Positions 8,054 to 17,418 of a stretch of DNA of 64,000 nt are shown here, piece after piece. Below the pieces are notes generated by a model. The model saw only the letters and a program-made list of their open reading frames with translations. It was not told where the DNA came from and did not search any database. A program made the translations under genes and the position numbers. The stretch comes from Candidatus Bathyarchaeota archaeon (lineage in GTDB: Archaea; Thermoproteota; Bathyarchaeia; Bathyarchaeales; Bathycorpusculaceae). The stretch lies in contig CAVZIW010000001.1 of assembly GCA_963775465.1 (NCBI GenBank), positions 288,001-352,000 of the forward strand. Reading direction: 5' to 3'. Positions within the stretch are counted from its first letter, which is position 1; every line of letters begins with the position of its first letter.

Positions 8054-9651
8054 AATAATCTCCTCGTCAACATTGATATCGAAACTATTATTCCCATTTT
8101 CGCGAATTCAAGAGTTTTTAAGAGCTTTCGATACTTTTGATCCCAAAGCAATATACCTGCAAAAATAGCCGTTGCCAAAGCAGCAGCAGTACTGGGTACA
8201 AAGCCACTAATTGTTGATCCTTCCATCAAGTCTCTACCGTAAGAATCGCTGTATAGCGGAGCCCATTTAGCGTTATAGTCTTGAGGTGTACTGAAACTCT
8301 GCTCGTAGAATATCACCTGATAGATTTCCTGGTCATTGAGGGACCATTTCCACGGAGGCATGTTCGTGGTTTCAACGCCCTCCCTAACTTTCCATACCCA
8401 TCGTCCGTAATTGGGGAAGTCGGAACCAGACTCTGTGAAGTTCGCAGGTTCTGGTGAGATGTAGCCGCCAGTTGTTTTAATCGAAGCAGGACCATCACCT
8501 TGCCCCCCATCTCCATGACATTGTGCACAGTAAAGAGTGAAAATCGCTTTTCCTTGTTCAAAATCCTGCATTGTTCCTGTTATCGGTGGAGAGTTTAGGA
8601 CATTGTTAGCGAAATTATCTCCCTCTGCATCTGAAATGTCACCTGAAACAGTTCTCACAGAACCTAATACGAAACTCATTTCGTAAATCGCCACTAGACT
8701 AATCTCTGTTTCATTAAGTGACAAACCCCATGTTGGCATTGCCGTGCCTGGCACACCTTCAGTTACTCGCCAAATATGATAATAGTCTCCAGGAAACGTT
8801 GAGATACGCTCATGCAAGTTGGCTGGTTGCGTCACTACATGTCTTGCGTATGGACCTTGAGCGTTACCTGAGCAACCATGACAAGCTAAACAACGTTGAG
8901 TATAATTGGCTTTACCAATTTCAAATATAGTTGCCCATTGTGCTCCCAACGAAGTACTACCATTATAGACATCGTTTTCAGCATCATAACTCACAGCTAC
9001 TTGTTTCATCAAGGGCGCGAAAAGGTTTGAGGCATTTACGAAATTCTCTGGAACATCTGGATGGTAAGAGCTTCCTCCAGTGATTGATAGGTCTACTCCA
9101 AGATCTTTTGAACCCAGGTTCTGAATGTATGCTGTCAAAGCCTCAATCTCGTGATCACTAAGAAAACCAAAATTAGGCATTATCGATCCAGGACTTACAC
9201 TTCTTGGATCTCTATCATGTAAATGATGCCAAATGGTTGGTCTCATTCCGCCGATTTGGGCAAGATCAGGACCTGTTCTCTCAGTACCTAGAGCGTTTGG
9301 GCTATCATAATAGTAGTCTCCGGTTTGCGATACGTTTCCTATGCCCCAGTCGGAAGGTCTTACTTGTTGGGAGTGACAGTAGAAGCAGCCATAACTCATG
9401 AAGAGGCTTCTGCCTTCAGCTTCAAGAGGAGTATACTCGTGAGATCTGTCACTGGGTGGAACATCCAGCAAGAACATGTAAGGCGCAAGTACCACCATGC
9501 TCACCATAAGCAGCATGACTCCTAAACCGCCAGCGGCAATAGGAAAGAGGTTATGTTGATGAGCCTTTTTTTCAATGACTTTGATTTCTCTTTCTACTGC
9601 TCGCTCAAGCCTTTCCAGCTCTTCCTCTATTTTCTTTTCTAGCCTGCTCAT
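8050..9651 (-). CDS. ccoO: cbb3-type oxidase subunit II (CcoO) fused to two extra class I cytochrome c domains (triheme)
   Basis: GCFYCHSQQVRP, GTERTGPDLA and SIMP are CcoO hallmarks; further CLACH...AMPTW and CAQCH...NMPPW. Confidence 0.92.
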   Translation of the reverse strand: MSRLEKKIEEELERLERAVEREIKVIEKKAHQHNLFPIAAGGLGVMLLMVSMVVLAPYMFLLDVPPSDRSHEYTPLEAEGRSLFMSYGCFYCHSQQVRPSDWGIGNVSQTGDYYYDSPNALGTERTGPDLAQIGGMRPTIWHHLHDRDPRSVSPGSIMPNFGFLSDHEIEALTAYIQNLGSKDLGVDLSITGGSSYHPDVPENFVNASNLFAPLMKQVAVSYDAENDVYNGSTSLGAQWATIFEIGKANYTQRCLACHGCSGNAQGPYARHVVTQPANLHERISTFPGDYYHIWRVTEGVPGTAMPTWGLSLNETEISLVAIYEMSFVLGSVRTVSGDISDAEGDNFANNVLNSPPITGTMQDFEQGKAIFTLYCAQCHGDGGQGDGPASIKTTGGYISPEPANFTESGSDFPNYGRWVWKVREGVETTNMPPWKWSLNDQEIYQVIFYEQSFSTPQDYNAKWAPLYSDSYGRDLMEGSTISGFVPSTAAALATAIFAGILLWDQKYRKLLKTLEFAKMGIIVSISMLTRRLF

Positions 9652-11075
9652 TTCACTTCGCCTCCATAGTTTTCGACAGTGTTAGGATGCACTAAATGTT
9701 TTGATAAGAATGTGGCAATGATTTCTATGGAAAAAAGAAAAGCTGAAACCACAACCATTCCGCCTCCTATTGCCCTTAAAATGTAGTAAGGTCTTAGCGT
9801 ATCTAATGCTTGAACTACTGTCAAGTGTTGATACCACTGCGAGTTGGCTACAAGTCCTGTGAGCATCATTCCCGCCATGAAAACTATGAAACCCATGAAA
9901 GTGACCCACCAAGTCACGTCCATTAGTTTCTTGCTGTAGAGTTTCTTTCCAGTTATTCGGGGCACTAGCCAGAACATGCAGCCCATGATCGATATTCCAA
10001 AAGCAGCATACAGCGATAAGTGAGAATGCATTACCGGCCATTGCGAAAAATGGAGGTACAAGTTCATGTCACGGAAGGCTTGAAATGTCCCTTGGATGGA
10101 GACGAAAATATAGTTAATAAAACCAAGCATTATGAACCTTAAAGGAACATTTGACCACACAATATTCCAAGCATTCCGAACAGTCATGCCAATGTTTACT
10201 CCAAAAGTCAGAACGGAAAACATCATTAAACCACTAGTAGCGACCGCTATTGTTTTGAGCCACTCTGGAATTGGAGCTTGCAGCAAATGATGCCCTCCCA
10301 CGCCAGTGTAGAAGAAAGCTAAAGCAAAGAAACTGATGTAAGATAATGTCACGCTATAAAGTGCCCGTTTAGTTAGTCTTGGTATGAAATAATACCATAG
10401 ACCAAACCCGAATGGAGTAAACCATAACCCTAAGACGTTGTGTCCATAGAACCAGTTAAATATTCCATCCGTTACGCCAAATAATGCTCCAGTTGGGGGC
10501 CTCCACATTACGTTACCAATGAAATACACTATTGGAAACCAGAGAAAAATAGCTACATAAAACCATAAGCTAACATATAGCTTGGGTTCTTTTCTTTTCA
10601 GAACTGTTCCTAAAACATTTACAAGCATTAAAATTAAGCCAATCATTATCGCAACATCGATAATCCACGGAAATTCTGCGTATTCCCTCGCTTGAGTATC
10701 ACCACTTAAAACCAGGAGCACTCCGGTGATAACTACAAGGTTCCAAAATACAGCTGTGAATTTTCCGATATTGGGCTTATAAAGAGGTGTTTTGCTAAGC
10801 CGAGGAACTATATAGTACATTATACCGATTAAACCAGATGAAAGGAAACCGAAGAGCAGGCCGTTAACGTGTGCCGGACGGATTCTTCCAAACGTATCAA
10901 AAGGCGAATCAACAAGAAATGTTGGTACGAAAAACTTGATTGCCATAATCATACCAATCGTGGTGAAAATGGGGAACCAGACCATAGCGAAATAGAACCA
11001 AAGTTTCGACACGCTATCTGCGTTTTTCAGATCAGTTGTCGTTTCACTAGTAGTTACTGCGTTGTCTTCAGACAA
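9648..11075 (-). CDS. ccoN: cbb3-type cytochrome c oxidase subunit I (C-family heme-copper oxygen reductase)
   Basis: About 12 TM helices; RPAHVN, REYAE, WFYGHNVLG, YTGVGGHH (Tyr six residues before the HH pair), HSH. Confidence 0.94.
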   Translation of the reverse strand: MSEDNAVTTSETTTDLKNADSVSKLWFYFAMVWFPIFTTIGMIMAIKFFVPTFLVDSPFDTFGRIRPAHVNGLLFGFLSSGLIGIMYYIVPRLSKTPLYKPNIGKFTAVFWNLVVITGVLLVLSGDTQAREYAEFPWIIDVAIMIGLILMLVNVLGTVLKRKEPKLYVSLWFYVAIFLWFPIVYFIGNVMWRPPTGALFGVTDGIFNWFYGHNVLGLWFTPFGFGLWYYFIPRLTKRALYSVTLSYISFFALAFFYTGVGGHHLLQAPIPEWLKTIAVATSGLMMFSVLTFGVNIGMTVRNAWNIVWSNVPLRFIMLGFINYIFVSIQGTFQAFRDMNLYLHFSQWPVMHSHLSLYAAFGISIMGCMFWLVPRITGKKLYSKKLMDVTWWVTFMGFIVFMAGMMLTGLVANSQWYQHLTVVQALDTLRPYYILRAIGGGMVVVSAFLFSIEIIATFLSKHLVHPNTVENYGGEVK

Positions 11076-11210
11076 GAAATCTCTTCCTGTTCAGTCATTT
11101 CCATTTAGTTTCTTTTTTAATCTTTGTAGTAGTCTAGCGACAACAACAACTCTTTTTTGGTCAATTCTAAGTAGCTCAAGGGTTTTATATTTTAGAAGTT
11201 CAAATACTAA

Positions 11211-11669
11211 GTGGTAGGTGTCATGTCTCTAACCTATTACGAAGTTCATGAGTGGATGGCCCTAGCAAATCTCGTGTCTTTCGTTATCGTGTTAAGTCTG
11301 CTAATCGGGTTAAGTTTTTTTCTACAAAAAAAGAGAAAATTTGTTTGGCACGGTAATGTTATGCTCGTGGTCGTTATGATTGCGGGCTTGCTAACGGTAG
11401 CTCATATGGGACCATCTTTATGGTGGATAGTTGCAGAAGCGTTGAAAAGCTTCGACGTGGTTGCCTTAATAGGCATAGTTCATGGCGCTGTTGGATTAGT
11501 GGCGCTTTCGCTCGGAATTTGGCTTGTAGGTGTCTGGGCGTACATTCAATCTGGAGAGACCCGATACTGTGCTCCAAGAAAAAAGTTAATGCGGAAAATC
11601 ATTATACTTTGGGTAGTGGCTTTAGCGCTTGGAGTGATATATTACCCCTTACATTTAATTTTGGGGTAG
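11211..11669 (+). CDS. Four-TM His-containing membrane protein, DUF420/CtaM-like
   Basis: Four hydrophobic helices with His at WHG, AHMG and VHG; divergent from ccoN and convergent on ccmF; family call is by resemblance only. Confidence 0.6.
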   Translation: MVGVMSLTYYEVHEWMALANLVSFVIVLSLLIGLSFFLQKKRKFVWHGNVMLVVVMIAGLLTVAHMGPSLWWIVAEALKSFDVVALIGIVHGAVGLVALSLGIWLVGVWAYIQSGETRYCAPRKKLMRKIIILWVVALALGVIYYPLHLILG

Positions 11670-11682
11670 TTGCACCCTTAGC

Positions 11683-13585
11683 TCATGATTCTTGCTTCGA
11701 CGGTCTAAGATCACCTAAGAATTGAACAGATATTCCAACAAGCATTAAGATGACTCCTCCCCAAACCAGATAGATCATTGGATTTTTCTGGATCGTGACT
11801 GTTACTTCTTCGGGGATTTTGCTATTTCCCTCATACGTTTGAACGAGTGCATTGTAAAGCGAATCTGAATACTCTAAGTGTATATACATATCGCCCGCCT
11901 CCGTGGTTATAATGAGAGGTCTAAGTATCAGGCCATAATTGGGGTAAAAGCTGCCTTCTATCACTCCCTTATAAATTCTCTCGGATTGAACAATAGCCAC
12001 ATCTGCTTCAAGGGTGGAGTGTTCAGGTATGACTGCTAGCGCCTGATCATTGTAGATTTTTGCTGAACTGTTGCTAATTCTCATGTTGGACAACGCGATG
12101 GTTTGTTGTGAAGTTTCCATTGGAGTATTGGTTGTCATGTTTATTGTGACTGTGGTTTTAGCTCCTGCACTTATGAAGACTCCAAGCAGCAGAACGATAA
12201 TTGCAATGCTCAGAAGACTTTGTCCAATTAGTTTTGCGGCTTTTCGCCTGATTGAATTGTATAGACCGTAGACGATGGCTGAACACCCCAGAACTAAAAG
12301 AGGAATAGTTAGAGTGGTAAGAATATTTACTTCAAAAAATCCGACTATCGATAGAGCAGCCCCAATCACTAAGGCAGCTATGGCAATTAGCAGAAGGCGT
12401 AAGTAATGGGTCTTAGGATCTAAGTTAAACCCTATCATTGCTGCTACAAAAATCAGCACGAACGGGAACGTCCACAAATTATAGTTAAAGTCTGAAAAAG
12501 CAAGTCCGACTAGACAAACAACTGCGATAAAAATCAACGCCCAAAAACCCAGAAAGGAGGAACGTGAAGTCAAAGATGTTTTGTCAACGTTAAGTTTGAA
12601 GAGAGGCAGCCTCCTCTTCTTCTTAAGATAAAAGAAATAGGCTATCATAACTACCGCAAAACTAAGCATTATCGGACCAACGGCAGAAACGGCATAAGAG
12701 TGAACTGACTGGGTAAATCCTCCGCGAGTTAATGCACTCAAAAAAACCAAGCTGGCGAATGTTATCATGATCATAAATTCTCTGGTTAGGCTAAACTTGC
12801 TCTTTGAAATTCCTCTCACGATGAAATATGCGGTTAAGAAAAGCCACGGCAACAAAGAAGCGGTTTCCACAGGATCCCACGCCCAGTATCCACCCCAGCC
12901 CAAGACTTCGTAAGCCCAAACTCCGCCCAAAGCTATCCCAAGGGTGAGAAGCAGCCAAGCCATGTATGTGGAAGTCTTAAGAAGCTTTGATGAGTCCAAG
13001 TCTTTGCCTTCCATAACACAGGCTAGAGTCAAGGCGTATGCTAAAACCACGAAGGCATAAGCGGAGAAAACTATTGGAGGGTGAATGGCCATCCAAAGTG
13101 ACTGCAACTGAGGGTTAAGCCCTCTGCCCTCAAGAGGGATGCCCTGAAAAGTTTCGAATGGATTTCTCAGCATGCAAACAATAATGAAAACCAAGAGGAT
13201 AAAACCAAACACTTGAGCGGCGTTCACACTAAACTTATCGGCTTTTCTAAGAGATTGAATTCTTAACGCGAAATAGACTGTACTTAAAAGAACAGTTAAA
13301 AAAAGCATAGAGCCCCCTGCTCCAGCCCAACTCGCGTAAATCTTGGAAAAGATAGAGGCACCTGACGAACTATAGGAGAATACCCCAATTATTTGAAAGT
13401 CATTACGAACGAAAGCTTAGCAAAAGCAATGCATAAGCCGTAATTATCAGCCCAAATGCTAAAGTCGTTGCTACAAAACCACTCGTGTTCTTTCGTTTGC
13501 TACCCGATTTCGACGTGACTAAAAATACGGTGTCTAAAAGAACCAATATGGCCGAAGTAAATAACAAGAATATCTCGTAAGCCAT
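11683..13585 (-). CDS. ccmF: Cytochrome c biogenesis heme lyase CcmF (System I), split by a +1 frameshift at ~13417
   Basis: GLNPQLQ...IHPP, WAYEVLGWGGYWAWDPVET, TRGG...SVHSY; the shifted frame between the two ORFs reads AFVRNDFQ...YSS...KIYASWAGAGGSMLF, the CcmF N-terminal motif. Confidence 0.9.
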
Positions 13586-13950
13586 TTTGTATGCAAGAAT
13601 AGTCCTAATCGCAGTTAATATTTAAAGTATGCTGCTAACAAACTAATGCCAAAAACAAATCATTACTTGAAAACAAGTAGACACTTGTTATCTATACTAA
13701 AGTCCTCCTTGTGCCATAGCCCTCCGTTAGACCTAACGATGATCGCCTCTGTTGCAAAACTTGTTTTATCAAAAAGACAATGTTTTCTGCTCTCCAGAAA
13801 ATAGCAGAATATAGGAATATCCTTACTTGAACATCTTTCGACGTTGAAAATTCCGCAGGTATATTCGTCTTCAGCAGCCACATAATTTTACAATAGTCGG
13901 CACTATTGGATAGAATTATATGCTCCATTTGACAGAAGAAATCGTAAAGG

Positions 13951-14478
13951 ATGAAGATGAGAAATTCAAAACTAATAATTTCAGTCACAATTGTCTCTGC
14001 TTTGATTGTTAGTATATTTTTGCTGTATTCAACCTCCAACTACTTCGATGCAATGGGCGCTATAAAAATTGACCTTGTTAAAAGCTATCAAGACTTCGAA
14101 ATAGGCGTACCACAAATTGAACAATTAAACGTAAAAAACCTCGCAAATAGGTCCTGGCAGATAGAGATCTCTGAATTTGACATCTGGGGTAGCGAAGGAC
14201 TTGATCCTTCGGGTGCCACACTAAAATGGAAACTCGAATCCGTTTCTCCAACCTTTGCAACAATTAAAACCTGCGAGCACGAAGGACTCATCGCCTATAA
14301 AGATTATCAAAAAATAGATTTGCCTTCGAACTACGATGGCGTTTTAGCGTTTGAATTGATTTTCAATAACGCTCCTAAAGGAAACTATACGCGTTTACTG
14401 ACCATTAGCATATATGACCCACAAGGCGAAGCTGACGTTTGGCAATGGCAAAGCACAACAAACTTTGCGATTACATAA
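13951..14478 (+). CDS. Hypothetical N-terminally anchored/secreted protein
   Basis: Basic N-terminus, hydrophobic helix and beta-rich extracellular domain. Confidence 0.7.
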   Translation: MKMRNSKLIISVTIVSALIVSIFLLYSTSNYFDAMGAIKIDLVKSYQDFEIGVPQIEQLNVKNLANRSWQIEISEFDIWGSEGLDPSGATLKWKLESVSPTFATIKTCEHEGLIAYKDYQKIDLPSNYDGVLAFELIFNNAPKGNYTRLLTISIYDPQGEADVWQWQSTTNFAIT

Positions 14479-14669
14479 TCTCTCAACAGTTAAGCATCGA
14501 AGAAATCATAGGCCGCATAATTTTACAGAGCTATTTAGTCAAGGCAGAATTATTTCCTTCAACCACATGCTCACTGATTCAAGATAACCAGAAGACATTT
14601 TATTCCATAAGTTTTCCCTTCTTTCAATTACGACCGCGCTAGACAAATCGGATTAAATTAACCCTACTT

Positions 14670-14873
14670 CTATAAAGTGCTTTTAATTTGTCCCGTAATG
14701 CTCTTGACTGTTTCTTCGCATACCTCTGGTTTCCAGGTGCATATGCCTTCGATTACTTCATCAAGATAATGGGCTAACTCTTCGCTTTTCACGTCGTTTG
14801 CGCAGTTAACTTTGTACATAATTTTATCGTTTTTTCTGCTAACAGTTATTTCTACAAGTACATCTTTATCCAT
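14670..14873 (-). CDS. Small hypothetical protein
   Basis: 67-aa ATG ORF with GAGG about 8 nt upstream; globular composition. Confidence 0.65.
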   Translation of the reverse strand: MDKDVLVEITVSRKNDKIMYKVNCANDVKSEELAHYLDEVIEGICTWKPEVCEETVKSITGQIKSTL

Positions 14874-15147
14874 TCTTTGCCCTCAAAAACTAATCTGAGA
14901 GGTATTAATTTAAGTCTTTCAGATATTTTGGTCAAGAAAAAGCTGATTGAATAAAAATAGAGTTGACGTGAGTTACCCGCCTTGACAAATGCTCTCAGCA
15001 TTTTAAGTTTTCTAATTTCGCAAAGGCTTCCAGTAGGCACTCTTTCTAACCGATTGCATTTTGAAAAGTTGTTTTAAATCAAAAACTTAGCATGTATATG
15101 TAAATGTTATAAAGCTTTATTAGCAAAATTAATTGCAAATAAAAAGT

Positions 15148-15285
15148 ATGGTTGAAAAAGCTAAATCTTTGGCAATCGCTTTTTTTCCTTTCGCAATTCT
15201 ATTTCTCCTAGTTGGTTGGCCTCTTTATTTTGTAGGCTCAAACAAACGAATAAGTGGTTTTGCGAAAAAGAAACTAAGCAGATAG
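15148..15285 (+). CDS. 45-aa single-TM micro-protein
   Basis: Manual translation MVEKAKSLAIAFFPFAILFLLVGWPLYFVGSNKRISGFAKKKLSR*; hydrophobic helix plus basic tail. Confidence 0.55.
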   Translation: MVEKAKSLAIAFFPFAILFLLVGWPLYFVGSNKRISGFAKKKLSR

Positions 15286-15476
15286 GAAAAAGCCTAAGCT
15301 CCCAAAAAATAATAGTCATTTTGCAGTTGCCACCTTTTGTTATTTGAAGTTTAACCAGAAAGATAGTAGAATTATCTTAGATCTCTTTCGGCACCATAGA
15401 AAAGTATATGCCATTTTCTAGAATAAGTGTTAAATAGTTCGCTGATAGCGCTAGAATAACAACCTGAGGATTCCAG

Positions 15477-15923
15477 ATGGAGCTACCAGAAGAAAAGGAA
15501 TCTCCGAAAACCAGCACTTTCGAGTCTAAAGCCCAAGCCCAAAAAAAATTAGTCGAGGAGCTTAAGGCTCAGTGGAAACTCTTATGGAGCGAAAGGTTTG
15601 AAGACAAAGTTAGAGCAGAAGGGATTTCAATCGATGAGTACATCGCTTTATCTGTTGAGCAAGGCACCGTAATCCACGCAACAAAAGACTTCAAAGCTCT
15701 AAACTTTAAAGAAATCTTACAAAAACACCTAATAGAAAACCCTGATCGCTACGTTGCGCCCGACGTTAATGTAGGCGGTTGGAAAAAATTCATAAAAACA
15801 GAGATCAATCACAACAATCAACATGGAAAAAACTGTGCACCTAATTCGGGAGACAAAAAAGTTCGAAAAAGAACTAGCCAGCAATCAAAGAAGGGAGGAC
15901 GCGGCTGGCTACATACAACTTAA
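15477..15923 (+). CDS. Hypothetical basic cytoplasmic protein
   Basis: 148-aa ORF with GAGGA upstream; Trp-containing motifs (QWKLLWSERF, GGWKKF, GGRGWLH). Confidence 0.8.
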   Translation: MELPEEKESPKTSTFESKAQAQKKLVEELKAQWKLLWSERFEDKVRAEGISIDEYIALSVEQGTVIHATKDFKALNFKEILQKHLIENPDRYVAPDVNVGGWKKFIKTEINHNNQHGKNCAPNSGDKKVRKRTSQQSKKGGRGWLHTT

Positions 15924-16663
15924 CATCTCCCCATTCAGATACAATTATTGGACCCGCACAAAATTTCTATGAAAGAGCGTCAAAGGATCAAATCACCTCA
16001 AATTCTTTATCAATATTTGAATTTTAAACTCTGATGAGGGTGATCATATTGCTCCCAACAACTGCCGTTAACAAAAGAGTCGTCATCGAGTACCCTCCAT
16101 TTAAGAAATGTTTTGTTAAACACCAGTCGTTGCCTTTTTGATTTGTCATACAAAATGCCTTATAGAAAGCTAAGCCTGCAAAAGTTGTGGCTGCAAATTT
16201 CACGGTGCTAAAAGTATCATGTTTGTGTTTGTTAACCCTGTTAAGAGTGGGGTTAGTTCAGTTGCGCCAAAGAGAAGAATGCCGATTGCTGTTGTTAGCC
16301 AATCAACTGTGCCTAAAAGCATGATGCTTACAAAGATTAGAAACTCTTTTTTCGGCATTTTTCTTGCTCTCGTTCGATGAGATTAATGGTTGTTTGACTA
16401 CTTGTGTGTTCGATATGTTGTTTGTCATTACTGTTTTGCTCTTGTACAAGTAGTTTGTTAGTTTTATGTTTATTTTAATTTTTTGTAGTGCAATATTTGC
16501 GTTTTTTGTGTTTGTTATGTTGTTTTTGTGTTGAACAAAAGTCAGGTATTGTTTGATTTGTTGCATTTGTGATGTACGAGTGATGCCGCGTAACTCGTAT
16601 GCAATAATGTTTATTAAGTCTTAATATAACACTTACTTTTCGTGGGCAAAAGAGGGACACAAA

Positions 16664-17116
16664 ATGATCTCAACAAAAACCACCAAACTAATAGTAATCG
16701 CACTAACAGTAACCGCACTAACGCTAGCGGCCACAACACTTGCAGCAATCAACATAAACAGAGATATACCATCCTCAGGTTCAGTCATAACCACTCCAGA
16801 CATCAACATCTACTCAAATATTGATTGCACAGAAAACCTCACAAGCATCGACTGGGGATCAATTGAAGCTGGATGCAACACTACACAAACCATATACGTA
16901 AAAAATACGGGAACAGCAACATTGACCTTGAGCTTAACTACAAACAACTGGACCCCAGTTGAAGCAGACGGTTGTATCACCATTTCTTGGGATGGAGAAG
17001 AAACTCAACTCGATCCAGGACAATCAACCCCTGCAGAATTGACCCTGATTGTAGCGTCAGACATAACAGACATAACAAATTTCAGCAACAGCATTACCAT
17101 CTCAGGAACCACATAA
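16664..17116 (+). CDS. Secreted/anchored Thr-rich single Ig-like domain protein
   Basis: Signal anchor then SIDWG...IYVKNTG...LTLSL..NW.P...ISWD; oligo-T tract after the stop. Confidence 0.85.
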   Translation: MISTKTTKLIVIALTVTALTLAATTLAAININRDIPSSGSVITTPDINIYSNIDCTENLTSIDWGSIEAGCNTTQTIYVKNTGTATLTLSLTTNNWTPVEADGCITISWDGEETQLDPGQSTPAELTLIVASDITDITNFSNSITISGTT

Positions 17117-17418
17117 ACCCATTCTTTTTTAAATCAGCTCATTCTTGAGTAGTTTCCAGTCTTTTTTGTAAAGAACCAGAGAGGCATCTTTCAGTATTTG
17201 TGAGGTAAGCCAATAGCAAAATTATTTTCATTTGAATAAGAATTATTGTTAGTTGATAAGACATTGTTTTTTCGATTATTCAAAATTTTCAGAGGTTAGT
17301 TTATCTTTTGCCAGAGGAGTTGGCTTTTGATATTTTAGTTTTCGATGTATTGCAAATATTGCAATGTCGTTTATATGCACTCGCGATAAAGACGATTAAA
17401 GAAAACGGTGAAGCGAAA

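Noticed and set aside
4968-10041. Short track ORFs overlapping the PQQ-like gene, ccoO and ccoN (e.g. 4968-5183, 5490-5714, 6312-6566, 8313-8561, 9682-10041)
   Set aside because: Shadow ORFs on the opposite strand or in alternate frames of well-supported genes, with no motifs.
9648-11075. Nitric oxide reductase (NorB) interpretation
   Set aside because: Has GHN rather than the NOR HLWVEG motif, keeps the C-family cross-link Tyr, and is accompanied by ccoO and ccoS.
13663-14039. Two overlapping minus-strand ORFs (72 aa Cys-rich and 115 aa) upstream of ccmF as a CcmE/CcmH-like partner
   Set aside because: No CxxxY/HxxxY or LRCxxC motif and no TM anchor; the longer ORF overlaps the + strand gene. 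A small real Cys-rich protein cannot be excluded.
16303-16660. Asn/Lys/Thr-rich minus-strand ORFs
   Set aside because: Low-complexity products of the T/G-skewed tract.
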